Of a stretch of DNA of 64,000 nt, positions 8,696 through 17,680 are shown one piece after another; position 1 is the stretch's first letter; the number at the start of each line of letters is the position of its first letter. A model generated the notes under the pieces. That model was given only the letters and a program-made list of their open reading frames with translations. It made no database searches and was not told where the DNA came from. A program made the translations under genes and the position numbers. Source of the DNA: an uncultured Chloroflexia bacterium (lineage in GTDB: Bacteria; Chloroflexota; Limnocylindria; Limnocylindrales; CSP1-4); assembly GCA_963744095.1 (NCBI GenBank), contig CAVUSH010000002.1, positions 69,481 through 133,480 on the forward strand, read 5' to 3'.

Positions 8696-9174
8696 GACCG
8701 TTGGTCCTCCGTCTCGGGCTCGCGCTCCGCGTACAGGGAATCAACTTCGCGCTTGAGGGTTTCGAGGTCCTCGAATGACTGGTAGACGCTGGCGAAGCGG
8801 ATGTAGGCGATCTGGTCGAGCGCTCGCAGCTGCTCCATGGCGAGCTCGCCGATCCGCGAGGATTCCACCTCGCCGGCGCCGGCCGCCCGCAGAGTCGCCT
8901 CGATCTCGTCGGCGGCGCGCTCGGCCGCCCCGTCGGGGACCGGGCGGCGCGTCAGCGCCTTGCGAATGCCCGCGGCGAGCTTGTCGCGATCGAACTCCTG
9001 GCGGACGCCGTCGCGCTTCACGACGACCAGGCGGGCAGCTTCCACCCGCTCGTACGTGGTGAACCGGGCACCGCAGGCGACGCACTCGCGGCGGCGCCGG
9101 ATCGTCCCGGCGTCCTCGAGGTCCCGCGAGTCGACCACCCGCGTGTCGCGCTCTTCGCACGTGGGACAGCGCAT
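8692..9174 (-). CDS. nrdR: Transcriptional repressor NrdR
   Basis: Starts [17 protein letters not shown]...[12 protein letters not shown] (zinc ribbon), followed by an ATP-cone domain ([16 protein letters not shown]). Confidence 0.9.
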   Translation of the reverse strand: MRCPTCEERDTRVVDSRDLEDAGTIRRRRECVACGARFTTYERVEAARLVVVKRDGVRQEFDRDKLAAGIRKALTRRPVPDGAAERAADEIEATLRAAGAGEVESSRIGELAMEQLRALDQIAYIRFASVYQSFEDLETLKREVDSLYAEREPETEDQRS

Positions 9175-9195
9175 CCGGTACTCCCGCCCGCCGAC

Positions 9196-9213
9196 ACCAC
9201 AAGATCTTGTGGT
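9196..9213. promoter_or_regulatory. Candidate NrdR box 1 (perfect palindrome ACCACAAGATCTTGTGGT)
   Basis: Perfect 18-bp palindrome 22 nt upstream of the nrdR start. The inner 16 nt match the NrdR-box consensus acaCwAtATaTwGtgt at about 12/16. Confidence 0.6.
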
Positions 9214-9226
9214 CTGGGCGGACGAT

Positions 9227-9244
9227 ACCACGACATACAGTGGT
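9227..9244. promoter_or_regulatory. Candidate NrdR box 2 (ACCACGACATACAGTGGT)
   Basis: Imperfect palindrome with the same ACCAC/GTGGT arms. Centre-to-centre distance to box 1 is 31 bp, the usual tandem NrdR-box spacing. Confidence 0.55.
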
Positions 9245-9277
9245 TCGAGGCCCTTTGCAGCTCGAAGTCGGGGCGGC

Positions 9278-9835
9278 TCAGCCGCTCCCCGGCCGGTCCT
9301 CGTCCCAGCCGCCTGCCTCGGTGCGGCCGGAGCGCAGAGCCTCGGCATGGGACGCCAGCGCCTCGCGCGCGTGGAGCAGGTTCAGGTAGCCCCGCTTGAT
9401 CGACGTCTCGCCCTCGAGCCCGCGCGGCCCGCCGGGCTCGGCGCCGAGGAGGATGCAGCCGTGCCGAACCGTTGCGACGGCCCGGCCGGCCCGGTCGATC
9501 TCCTCGACGATCCGCGCGCCCGTGGTCGCGAGCGCGGCAGGCGGGACCAGCGCGTTCGCCTCCACGCCGAGCGCGCCGAGGTCCTCGACGAGCTGGGGGA
9601 GCACCTCGTGGAGCGTGGAAGGGGCTTCACTCCGGCGGCGGACGCGGTCGATCCGCTCGGCCCCGGTGGTGATGGCGGCCACGGCTCGGTCGGCCAGGGC
9701 GGCGCTGTCACGGCGAAACGTGTCCGCCTCGCGGGTGTCGGCGACGACGCGGGCCGCCCGGCGCAGCACGTACGCGAAGGCGATCGCGAGGAGGACGAAG
9801 AGGAGCAGCGACGCGACGGTCAGGACCTGCGTCAC
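9278..9835 (-). CDS. Hypothetical membrane-anchored protein (185 aa)
   Basis: GTG start is preceded by GAGG immediately after the etfA stop. It has an N-terminal TM helix (LTVASLLLFVLLAIAFAYVL) and no family recognised. Confidence 0.55.
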   Translation of the reverse strand: MTQVLTVASLLLFVLLAIAFAYVLRRAARVVADTREADTFRRDSAALADRAVAAITTGAERIDRVRRRSEAPSTLHEVLPQLVEDLGALGVEANALVPPAALATTGARIVEEIDRAGRAVATVRHGCILLGAEPGGPRGLEGETSIKRGYLNLLHAREALASHAEALRSGRTEAGGWDEDRPGSG

Positions 9836-9848
9836 GGTCGTCGACCTC

Positions 9849-10841
9849 TCAGGTGGCGCGGGCGTGGATGGCCGCGACGATCGCGGGGACGATCTCGAAC
9901 AGGTCCCCCACCACGTACAGGTCGGCGTGCTCGGCCAGGGGGGCGTCGGGGTCGCGGTTGATGGCGACGATCGTCCCGGCGTCCTGCATGCCGACTCGGT
10001 GCTGAATGGCGCCGGAGACGCCGATCCCGACGTAGACCGCCGGGCGGATTGTCTTGCCGGTCTGGCCGACCTGCACGGCGAAGGGCAGCCAGCCCGCATC
10101 AACGGCGGCCCTGGTGGCGGCGACCGCGCCCCCGAGAGCGGCCGCCAGCTCCTCGAGGAGCGCGACGCCGTCGGGTCCGCCGAGCCCCCGGCCCCCGGCC
10201 ACGACGATGGGAGCCTCCTCGATGCTCGCCGCCCGCGTGGCCGTATCGGCGCGGCCGATGACCCGGATGCCGCTCGGGGTCGCCGCCGAGGCGGCGACGA
10301 CGTCGATCGTTCCCGGCGCATCTGCCGGCGCCGCCGTCGCAGCGCCGGGGCGGAGCGTGATGATCCCGCACCCATGCGCGAACGCGGACGTCGTCAGGGC
10401 ACGTCCGCCGAGGACGCTCATCTCCACGCGCGGCCCGGCCGGCACGCCGTCCTCTCCCCCACTCCACGACAGCTTGGTGGCGTTGCCGAGGACGCCCCAC
10501 CCCAGCCGCGCGGCCACGATGCCGGCTGCCTCGCGACCGTCCGGCGTGGCCCCCATGAGCAGCACACAGGGCCCTTCGGCGGCGGCCGCGGCCGCGATCG
10601 CGGAGGCGGCCGCGACATTCGACCCGGCCGCCTCCGCGGGGAGGCGGACACTGATCACCCGCGCCGCATAGGCGGCGAGCGCGGCCGCGGCGGCGTCGGG
10701 GTCGGGCGCGGCGAGCATGGCCGCGGAGGAGGTGCCGGCGGCCGCGGCGAGCGTGCGTGCGGCGGTTGCGGCCTCCAGCGAGAGGCGCGTCGGAAGTCCG
10801 TCGAGCCCAAGCTCGGCGATCGCCCAGATCGGGCCGCTCAT
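9849..10841 (-). CDS. etfA: Electron transfer flavoprotein alpha subunit
   Basis: C-terminal FAD-binding signature PAVYVGIGVSGAIQHRVGMQDAGTIVAINRDPDAP. The start overlaps the etfB stop. Confidence 0.85.
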   Translation of the reverse strand: MSGPIWAIAELGLDGLPTRLSLEAATAARTLAAAAGTSSAAMLAAPDPDAAAAALAAYAARVISVRLPAEAAGSNVAAASAIAAAAAAEGPCVLLMGATPDGREAAGIVAARLGWGVLGNATKLSWSGGEDGVPAGPRVEMSVLGGRALTTSAFAHGCGIITLRPGAATAAPADAPGTIDVVAASAATPSGIRVIGRADTATRAASIEEAPIVVAGGRGLGGPDGVALLEELAAALGGAVAATRAAVDAGWLPFAVQVGQTGKTIRPAVYVGIGVSGAIQHRVGMQDAGTIVAINRDPDAPLAEHADLYVVGDLFEIVPAIVAAIHARAT

Positions 10842-11623
10842 CGAACCGCCCGCCGCTCCACGAGGAAGTCGACCACCTCGCGGGCGGCCACGCCGGGCTC
10901 CTCCCGGACGACACGCGCCGACGCCCGCGCGACGGGTGGCCGCTGGGCCACGACGACCGTGGTCGCCGACCCGCCGCCGACCGCCGTGTCGCCCAGGCCG
11001 AGGTCCGCCAGGGCTCGCACCGCGATCTCCTTGGCCCGCGCCCCCATGATCCCCTTGAGCGTCGGGTACCGCGGTTCGCCCAGCAGCTGCGTGCCGACGA
11101 CGACCGCGGGAAGCGGTGCCTCGACCGTCTCCTCGCCGGTCCCGACGATCCGCCTGACGTGGATCAGGCCCTGGCCCGCCGCGTCGATCGCCGCGGCGCC
11201 CGATACGAGCGGCAGACCGAGCAGCGTGGCGATGCCCGCCCCCACGACCCCGCCGCCGCCGTCCGCGCTGTCGGCGCCCGCGAGGACGAGGTCGAACTCG
11301 ATCGTCCGCAGGGCCGCGGCCAGGACCTGCATCGTCGAGAGTGTGCACGAGCCCGCGAGGAGGTCGTCGCTGACGAGGACCGCGCGGGCGGCGCCCATCG
11401 CCAGGCCCTTGCGCAGCGCGTCGCGCGCCTCCGCCGGCGCCATCGCGACCAGGGTCACCTCGCCGCCGTTGGCGTCGACCAGGCGGAGGGCCGCCTCCAG
11501 CGTGTACTCGTCGTTGCCGTTGAGCACCGGGGGCGCGGCGGAGCGATCCAGCCGGCCGTCGGGGCGCAGCTGCTCCTGTCCGGTGGCGTCGGGGACGGGC
11601 TTGACGAGCACGACGATGCGCAC
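10838..11623 (-). CDS. etfB: Electron transfer flavoprotein beta subunit
   Basis: VRIVVLVKPVPD...LNGNDEYTLEAALRL. A GGAGG lies 10 nt upstream of the chosen GTG. The longer ORF start at 11656 is possible. Confidence 0.85.
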   Translation of the reverse strand: MRIVVLVKPVPDATGQEQLRPDGRLDRSAAPPVLNGNDEYTLEAALRLVDANGGEVTLVAMAPAEARDALRKGLAMGAARAVLVSDDLLAGSCTLSTMQVLAAALRTIEFDLVLAGADSADGGGGVVGAGIATLLGLPLVSGAAAIDAAGQGLIHVRRIVGTGEETVEAPLPAVVVGTQLLGEPRYPTLKGIMGARAKEIAVRALADLGLGDTAVGGGSATTVVVAQRPPVARASARVVREEPGVAAREVVDFLVERRAVR

Positions 11624-11761
11624 GGGCACGCAGCCTCCATTGGCGCCGGGGGGCACCGCGCCCCGACCCGACGGTGCCGAGTGTACACAGCGGATACGGC
11701 CGGGAGCCAGCCACCCCGTTGCGCGGGACCGGACTCGCGCCTGGTCGGCCGGCCGGGGCGC

Positions 11762-13876
11762 CTACTGCAGGATCGGCAGCTCCCGCCCTGACCGCCGGGC
11801 GCTCGGGCCCGCCACCGCCACCGGCGCGAGGATCTCCGCGAGGTCGAGGGTCGTGATGCCGGCCGCGTTCGCCGGGTCTGCCGCCAGGCCGTCGCCCAGC
11901 ATGGTCATGCAGAAGGGGCAGCCGACCGCCACGGCCTCGGCGCCGGTCGCGAGCGCCTGGCGCGCTCGCTCGGCGTTGATCCGGGTCCCGCGGCTCTCCT
12001 CCATCCACATCCGGCCGCCTCCCGCGCCACAGCAGAAGGACTGGCGGCCGTGGAGGTCCATCTCGGCGAGCTCGAGCCCCGGAATGGCGCCCAGCACGTC
12101 CCGCGGCGCGGCAACCACGCCGTTGTATCGCGCCAGGTAGCAGGCGTCGTGGAAGGTGACGCGCCGCGCCGCGCCCGGGGGCCCGACGAGCGTCGCCAGG
12201 CGACCCTCGCCGAGGAGCTGCGCGAGGAACGCCGAGTGGTGGATGACCTCGAACGTGCCGCCCAGCTGAGGGTACTCGTTGGCGATCGTGTTGAAGCAGT
12301 GCGGGCAGGCCGTCACGATGCGCGGCGGGCCATACCGCCGCAGCGTCTCCACGTTCTGGGCGGCGAGGAGCTGGAAGACGTACTCGTTGCCCATGCGCCG
12401 GGCCGGGTCGCCGGTGCAGGCCTCGTCCTGGCCCAGGACGGCGAAACGGACGCCGGCGGCGTGGAGGCATGTCGCGAAGGCGCGTGCCACGCGCCGGTTG
12501 CGCTCGTCGAAGGCCGCCGCGCAGCCGACCCAGTAGAGGATCTCGAGGCTGTCGAGCGCGCCCGCCCGCGCGACGTCGGCGGCAACCGGCACCTCGAACG
12601 GCAACCCCTTCGTCCAGTCGAGGCGGGCGCCCTTCGGCTGGCCCCAGGGGTTCTGGGCAGACTCCATCGCCCGGAAGGCGGGCGTCAGCTCGGCCGGGAA
12701 ACGGCTCTCCTCGAGGACGAGGCTGCGCCGGATCCCGACGATCTTGTCGACGTGCTCGATGAGGACGGGGCACGCCTCCACGCACGCCCCGCAGGTGACG
12801 CAGTCCCAGACGGCCTCCTCCGAGATCGCGCCGGGGATGAGCGGGATCGCCATCGTGGCCGGCGCCAGGCGGTCGTCGAGGAGCCCGCCGCGGGCCCGCA
12901 CGTCGGGCGAGTTCGGGATCACGGGCAGCCCGTGCTCAGCCGAATCCGCGACGCGGCGGATCCCCATGACGAGCTCCTTGGGGTTGAGCGGCTTGCCCGT
13001 GACGTGCGCCGGGCAGGCGTCCTGGCAGCGGCCGCACTCGGTGCAGGTGAACCCGTCGAGGACGTCCTTCCAGGCGAGGTCGGCAAGGGTCCGCAGCCCG
13101 TAGGTGGCGTCCTCGGCCTCGAGGTCCATCGCCGGGAGCGCCCCCCGCGGCTCGAGCTTCCGCAGGTAGACGTTGAAGAAGCTCGTCACGACGTGGAGGT
13201 GCTTGGTCGTCGGCAGCCACACCAGGAAGAGGGCCACGAGGGCGACGTGGGCCCACCAGTGGGCCGCGAAGAGCGCTGCCAGGAGGTCGGTGTCGACGCC
13301 GGCGAGCGCCGCCCCGATGGCGTTCGTGACGACCGCCCCCGGCAGCGGCCCGTAGAGGGCGGCCTCGTACGAGAGGGCCCCGAGCTCGGCCGCGACGATC
13401 CCACCGATCAGGAGGAGGATGGCGATCCCCGACCGGCTCAGGGTCAGGCGGGCGGGCCGGGCCACGACCCGGCGGACGAGGAAGTAGGCCACGGCGGCAA
13501 GAGCCAGGACCGCCGCGACGTTGCGGCAGAGGAGGACGGCTGCCCAGATGGCCCCGTCCAGCGGGGCTGCCAGGATGGCCTCGACGAGCCCGCCGGTCGC
13601 GGCGTTGGCCAGGCCGACCGAGAGGAAGACGAACGCCAGGAAGATCGCGTAGTGCATGACACCCGCCCGCGGGTCGCGGAACATCCGCGTCTGCACGAAG
13701 GCGTAGCGGACGAGCGCGGCGGTGCGACGCGGGACCTCGGCGAAGGGGCGGACCGGGCGAGCGGCGGCGAAGACCCGGAGGTGACGGGCCATGAGGAGGC
13801 CGAAGACCGCGAGTGCACCGTAGAAGAGCGGGAAGACGAGCGGGTACCAGGGGACGCGGGCGAGCGACTCCGTCAC
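11762..13876 (-). CDS. Membrane-bound (Fe-S)-binding CCG-domain oxidoreductase, EtfD/HdrD-like
   Basis: N-terminal polytopic membrane domain. Two 4Fe-4S motifs (CTECGRCQDACP, CVTCGACVEACP). Two CCG-type Cys-rich domains (CPHC..., CCGAGGG). It lies directly upstream of etfBA. Confidence 0.8.
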   Translation of the reverse strand: MTESLARVPWYPLVFPLFYGALAVFGLLMARHLRVFAAARPVRPFAEVPRRTAALVRYAFVQTRMFRDPRAGVMHYAIFLAFVFLSVGLANAATGGLVEAILAAPLDGAIWAAVLLCRNVAAVLALAAVAYFLVRRVVARPARLTLSRSGIAILLLIGGIVAAELGALSYEAALYGPLPGAVVTNAIGAALAGVDTDLLAALFAAHWWAHVALVALFLVWLPTTKHLHVVTSFFNVYLRKLEPRGALPAMDLEAEDATYGLRTLADLAWKDVLDGFTCTECGRCQDACPAHVTGKPLNPKELVMGIRRVADSAEHGLPVIPNSPDVRARGGLLDDRLAPATMAIPLIPGAISEEAVWDCVTCGACVEACPVLIEHVDKIVGIRRSLVLEESRFPAELTPAFRAMESAQNPWGQPKGARLDWTKGLPFEVPVAADVARAGALDSLEILYWVGCAAAFDERNRRVARAFATCLHAAGVRFAVLGQDEACTGDPARRMGNEYVFQLLAAQNVETLRRYGPPRIVTACPHCFNTIANEYPQLGGTFEVIHHSAFLAQLLGEGRLATLVGPPGAARRVTFHDACYLARYNGVVAAPRDVLGAIPGLELAEMDLHGRQSFCCGAGGGRMWMEESRGTRINAERARQALATGAEAVAVGCPFCMTMLGDGLAADPANAAGITTLDLAEILAPVAVAGPSARRSGRELPILQ

Positions 13877-13879
13877 GGC

Positions 13880-14383
13880 TCAGTCGCCGGGGCCGGACCA
13901 GCCGGCGTGGTCGAAGGGGCCTCCGATCGTCTCGAGCGCGTGCTCCAGGACAGGCTCCAGCGACGCCAGCGACTCCAGCGCTCCTCGCGGGCTCCCGGGC
14001 AGGTTGACGATCAGGCTCCGCCCGCGCACGCCGACGACCGCCCGGGAGAGGATCGCCATGGGCGTGGCGACGCGACCGTCGGCGCGCATCGCCTCGGCGA
14101 AGCCCGGGACCTCGTAGTCGATGATCGCGAGGGTGGCCTGGGGCGTCACGTCGCGCGGGGTCAGGCCGGTGCCGCCCGTGGTGACCACGAGGGGATGGCG
14201 CGCCGCCGCGCCGACCAGGGCAGGCTCGATGAGGGTCCGCTCGTCCGGGACGATCCCCCGCTCGACGTCGAACCCGAGCCCGGCCAGCCGTGCGGCGAGC
14301 GCGTCGCCCGTCGCGTCCGCCCGGTCGCCGGCGGCCCCGCGATCCGAGACGGTCAGGACGTACGCGGTCGGCCGCCCGGCCAC
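13880..14383 (-). CDS. mog: MogA/MoaB family molybdopterin adenylyltransferase
   Basis: VVTTGGTGLTPRDVTPQAT and NLPGSPRGA motifs; 167 aa. Confidence 0.85.
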   Translation of the reverse strand: MAGRPTAYVLTVSDRGAAGDRADATGDALAARLAGLGFDVERGIVPDERTLIEPALVGAAARHPLVVTTGGTGLTPRDVTPQATLAIIDYEVPGFAEAMRADGRVATPMAILSRAVVGVRGRSLIVNLPGSPRGALESLASLEPVLEHALETIGGPFDHAGWSGPGD

Positions 14384-14387
14384 GCGC

Positions 14388-14999
14388 TCAGCCTCCGGGC
14401 CGCTTCGTCGGGCGCCGGATTCCGCCGCTGCGGGCCGGCCCGCGGACGGCCCGCGGCTTCGGGGCGCGCGGCCCGACGGTCTCCGCGGGCTCCGCCGGCC
14501 GGCGCCATTCGCCGGAGGCTCCGCCGCTCTTGGCCACGAGGCGGATCGACCGGATCTCGACGCCGCGCTCGACGCCCTTGACCATGTCGTAGAGGGCCAG
14601 GGCGGCCACGCTCGCGGCTGTCAGGGCCTCCATCTCCACGCCGGTGGGCGCCGTGGTCGCCGCCTCCGCGTGGATCCGGAAGGCGGAGGCCCCGCGGTCG
14701 GGAGTGATCTGCACGACGACGTCGGTGAGGGGCAGGGGGTGGCAGAGCGGGATCAGCTCGGACGTGCGCTTGGCCGCCATCACGCCGGCCAGCTCGGCGA
14801 CCGTCAGCACGTCGCCCTTGGGTCCGCCGCCGTCGATGACGAGCGTCAGCGTCTCCTGGGAGCAGGCCACCTCCGCCTCGGCGACGGCGCGGCGCGCGGT
14901 CGGGACCTTGCCCGAGACGTCCACCATCCGCGGCCGCCCGCGGCGGTCGACGTGGGTCAGGCGGCGGCGCTCCGTGCGAGGCTGCGAACGGTCGTCCAT
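14388..14999 (-). CDS. moaC: Cyclic pyranopterin monophosphate synthase MoaC, with a ~49-aa basic C-terminal extension
   Basis: LTHVD..GRPRMVDVSGK, LIPLCHPL and GVEMEALTA motifs. ATG is preceded by GGAGGAG. Confidence 0.9.
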   Translation of the reverse strand: MDDRSQPRTERRRLTHVDRRGRPRMVDVSGKVPTARRAVAEAEVACSQETLTLVIDGGGPKGDVLTVAELAGVMAAKRTSELIPLCHPLPLTDVVVQITPDRGASAFRIHAEAATTAPTGVEMEALTAASVAALALYDMVKGVERGVEIRSIRLVAKSGGASGEWRRPAEPAETVGPRAPKPRAVRGPARSGGIRRPTKRPGG

Positions 15000-15037
15000 G
15001 GCTCCTCCGGGGCGTCGCGGCGGGTCGCCGGGGCCGG

Positions 15038-16378
15038 TCACGGGCGGTCGAGCCACCAGAGCTCGACCGGCGCTCCGGCCGGGAGCGCCTCCACCGATTC
15101 TGGCACGATGGCGAGACCGTCGGCGGCCGCCAGCGCCGAGAGCACGTGGCTCCCCTGCCCGCCGGCGAGGCGGACGCGCACCCGTCCCTCCGGGTCGCGC
15201 AGCGCCGCCCCGCCCATGGGCTCCCGCAGGGCCGTGACGCGCACGAAGGCCCGCCGGTCCGGCGCCTTGTTCACCGGCTCCTCGAGGATCGCGCGATCAG
15301 CCGGGCGCAGGAGGTCCGCATCCGGACGGCCGGCGAGGCGCCGCAGGGCGGGGCGCACGAAGAGCTCGAACGTCACGAACGTCGAGACGGGGTTCCCGGG
15401 CAGGCCCAGGAGGAGGACCGGGTTCGCGGTGTCGGCCCCGGGCGGTCGGTCCGCGACGCCGAAGGCGAAGGGCTTGCCGGGCTGGACCGCGACCCGCCAG
15501 AGGGCCACGGAGCCGACGCGCTCGAAGGCCGGCCGGACCACGTCGTACGGCCCCACGGAAACGCCGCCGCTGACGACGACCACGTCCGCCCAGGCCACCG
15601 CCTCGCCCAGCATCTGCGTCATCGCCCCCAGCTCGTCGGGGGCGATCCCGAGGTGGCGCGCGTCGGCGCCGGCCGCGGCACAGAGGGCCACGAGCGTGGG
15701 CCCGTTGGAGTCCGGGATGCCGGCGGGGCCGAGCGTCGTACCCGCGGGCCGCAGCTCGTCGCCGGTCGAGATGACGGCGACCCGCGGCCTCCGGTGCACG
15801 GTCACGACCGGGACGCCCGATGCGCTGACCACGGCCACCTCCGCCGGACCGATGGCGCGGCCGGGCTCCAGCAGCGTCGCGCCGGCTCGCAGGTCCTCGC
15901 CGCGGGTCCGCACGTTCGTGCCGGAGCCCGGGTCGGCGTGCACCAGGACGAAGGCCGGCAGCGGTCCAACGGCGTCGCGGCCGCGTGCACCGACGGCACC
16001 CTCGGCGTCCACGGGCGTCGTGAGCTCGACCTGGACGACGGCGTCGGCACCGGCCGGCAGGGGGGCGCCCGTCGCGATCCGCACGGCGATTCCCGGGGCC
16101 ACCGCCACGTCGGGCGCACGCCCCGCGACGACCTCGCCGCGGACGGCGAGACGCACCGGGGCCGCCTCCGTCGCGCCCGCCACGTCGGCGGCTCGCACCG
16201 CGTAGCCGTCCATCGCGCTGTTGTCCCACGGCGGCAGGTCGGTCGCGGCAACCACCGGCTCGGCGAGGACGCGGCCGCGGGCGGCGATGACGGGCAGCCG
16301 TTCGCCCGGCAGCGAGAACGGAACCGCTCCGAGGACGGCCGCCAGCGCCTCCTCGACCGACAGGAGCTCTGCCATCAC
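15038..16378 (-). CDS. moeA: Molybdopterin molybdenumtransferase MoeA
   Basis: PPWDNSAMDGYAV, the ISTGDEL region and LPGNPVS motifs; 446 aa. Confidence 0.9.
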   Translation of the reverse strand: MMAELLSVEEALAAVLGAVPFSLPGERLPVIAARGRVLAEPVVAATDLPPWDNSAMDGYAVRAADVAGATEAAPVRLAVRGEVVAGRAPDVAVAPGIAVRIATGAPLPAGADAVVQVELTTPVDAEGAVGARGRDAVGPLPAFVLVHADPGSGTNVRTRGEDLRAGATLLEPGRAIGPAEVAVVSASGVPVVTVHRRPRVAVISTGDELRPAGTTLGPAGIPDSNGPTLVALCAAAGADARHLGIAPDELGAMTQMLGEAVAWADVVVVSGGVSVGPYDVVRPAFERVGSVALWRVAVQPGKPFAFGVADRPPGADTANPVLLLGLPGNPVSTFVTFELFVRPALRRLAGRPDADLLRPADRAILEEPVNKAPDRRAFVRVTALREPMGGAALRDPEGRVRVRLAGGQGSHVLSALAAADGLAIVPESVEALPAGAPVELWWLDRP

Positions 16379-16962
16379 CCGCGGGCCGCTCGTGCGGCAC
16401 GTGCCTCGGCTCGCTCGTGGAGCGTCCGTCCGACCGCCAGTCGGGTGAGGATCCCGGCGAGCGAGCCGTCGCGGACCACCGGCAGGCCCGACAGGGCGCC
16501 CAGGCGCTCGACGGCCGGCCCGAGCGCATCACCGGGATCGAGAATCGGCATCAGGCCCGAAGCAACCATGGCCTCGGAGGCGCGCACCGACGCCCACCGT
16601 TTCCGGGGCACGCGGTCGATCTCGCGTGATCCCACGAGCCCGAGCAGGTCATCGCCCTGCATCACGCGGGCGATGGTCGACTCGCCGCCGCCGTCCAGGG
16701 CGGGAGCGAACGTGTCGAGCGTCGCCTGCGGGGTGACGACGAACGGGACCGTCTCCATCACCGCGCCGACGGTGAGACCTTCGATCAGCCGTTCGAGCTC
16801 GTCGCGCCGGCGCGACTTCCCGACCGCGAACCGGGCGAACCAGCCCGCCACCAGCAGGGCGAGGCCGACAACGAGGTTGCCCATGAGGATGAGGACGAAA
16901 CCGCCGCCGAGCAATGCCGAGCCGAGGGCCAGGATCCCCCGCTGGCGGGGGGGCGTGTCCAC
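16375..16962 (-). CDS. Membrane-anchored CBS-domain protein
   Basis: The GTG start overlaps the upstream gene's stop. It has two N-terminal TM helices, then a CBS pair (VMETVPFVVTP..., LPVVRDGSLAGILT). Confidence 0.65.
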   Translation of the reverse strand: MDTPPRQRGILALGSALLGGGFVLILMGNLVVGLALLVAGWFARFAVGKSRRRDELERLIEGLTVGAVMETVPFVVTPQATLDTFAPALDGGGESTIARVMQGDDLLGLVGSREIDRVPRKRWASVRASEAMVASGLMPILDPGDALGPAVERLGALSGLPVVRDGSLAGILTRLAVGRTLHERAEARAARAARG

Positions 16963-16963
16963 G

Positions 16964-17680
16964 TCAGGGCTCGACGGGCGCCGGCGCCGGGTTCTGTCCG
17001 GCCGGCGAGCGGCGTGGGCGCGCCGGCCGCCGGGCCACCGCCCACACCCCGATCGACAGGACGAGGCCCACCACGGCGATCGCCACCGAGGTCTCGGTCC
17101 AGAACTGGTACGGGAAGAGCTGGACGAGCCGGTCGGTCGCCGGGTCGAAGGTCCAGGTCCCCGCGGCGAAGAAGAGCGTGTGGAAGAGCGTGAACGCGCT
17201 GTCGAAGAAGACGAAGAAGGCGCCTCCGACAACGACGGTGCCGATCGCAAGGCCGCCGGCACCCAGCGCCACCGCGCGCCGGAACCACGGCGATCCCCGT
17301 GACCCGAAGCCGGCCACGACCAGCACCGCGAGGGCGGCCACCACCAGGGCATAGAACGAGAGGGTGACGCCGCGCACGTCGGCCATGTGCGACCGCTCCC
17401 GCGCGTCGAAGACCGGCCCCCCGGCCACCTCCTGGTCGAACGTGCCCGGCCCGAGCCAGACCTCCAGGACGATGTCGCGGGTCACGGCGTCGACCTGCTC
17501 GGCCGTCCAGCCGGTGAAGGCGGCCGCGTCGGCGCGCCCCTGGGCGAATGTGACCCAGGCCGGGTTGAAGAAGAGGGCGATCGACGCCCCGGTGATCACG
17601 AGGGCGGTGGCGACCTCGACCGCAGCCACGGCGAGGCCGCGCCTGAGCCCGGTTCGGCCCTCCCCGCCGGTGGCGCTCAC
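16964..17680 (-). CDS. TIGR01906/DUF1461 family integral membrane protein (Lit-like)
   Basis: Conserved FDSAFTLFHTLFFAAGTWTFDPATDRLVQLFPYQFW block. The GTG start overlaps the DUF4332 gene stop (GTGA). Confidence 0.75.
   Translation of the reverse strand: MSATGGEGRTGLRRGLAVAAVEVATALVITGASIALFFNPAWVTFAQGRADAAAFTGWTAEQVDAVTRDIVLEVWLGPGTFDQEVAGGPVFDARERSHMADVRGVTLSFYALVVAALAVLVVAGFGSRGSPWFRRAVALGAGGLAIGTVVVGGAFFVFFDSAFTLFHTLFFAAGTWTFDPATDRLVQLFPYQFWTETSVAIAVVGLVLSIGVWAVARRPARPRRSPAGQNPAPAPVEP

Noticed and set aside
9396-14581. Very long ORFs on the plus strand (9396..12140, 914 aa; 12050..14581, 843 aa). Similar ones occur elsewhere: 46107..49016, 23442..26162, 4900..6906, 36445..37533 and 14121..16205.
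   Set aside because: - They lie antisense or out of frame to genes with clear family signatures (etfAB, etfD-like, moaC, dxs and others).
- Their translations are Arg/Pro/Gly/Ala-rich low-complexity sequence.
- Such shadow ORFs are expected when stop codons are rare in >70% GC DNA.
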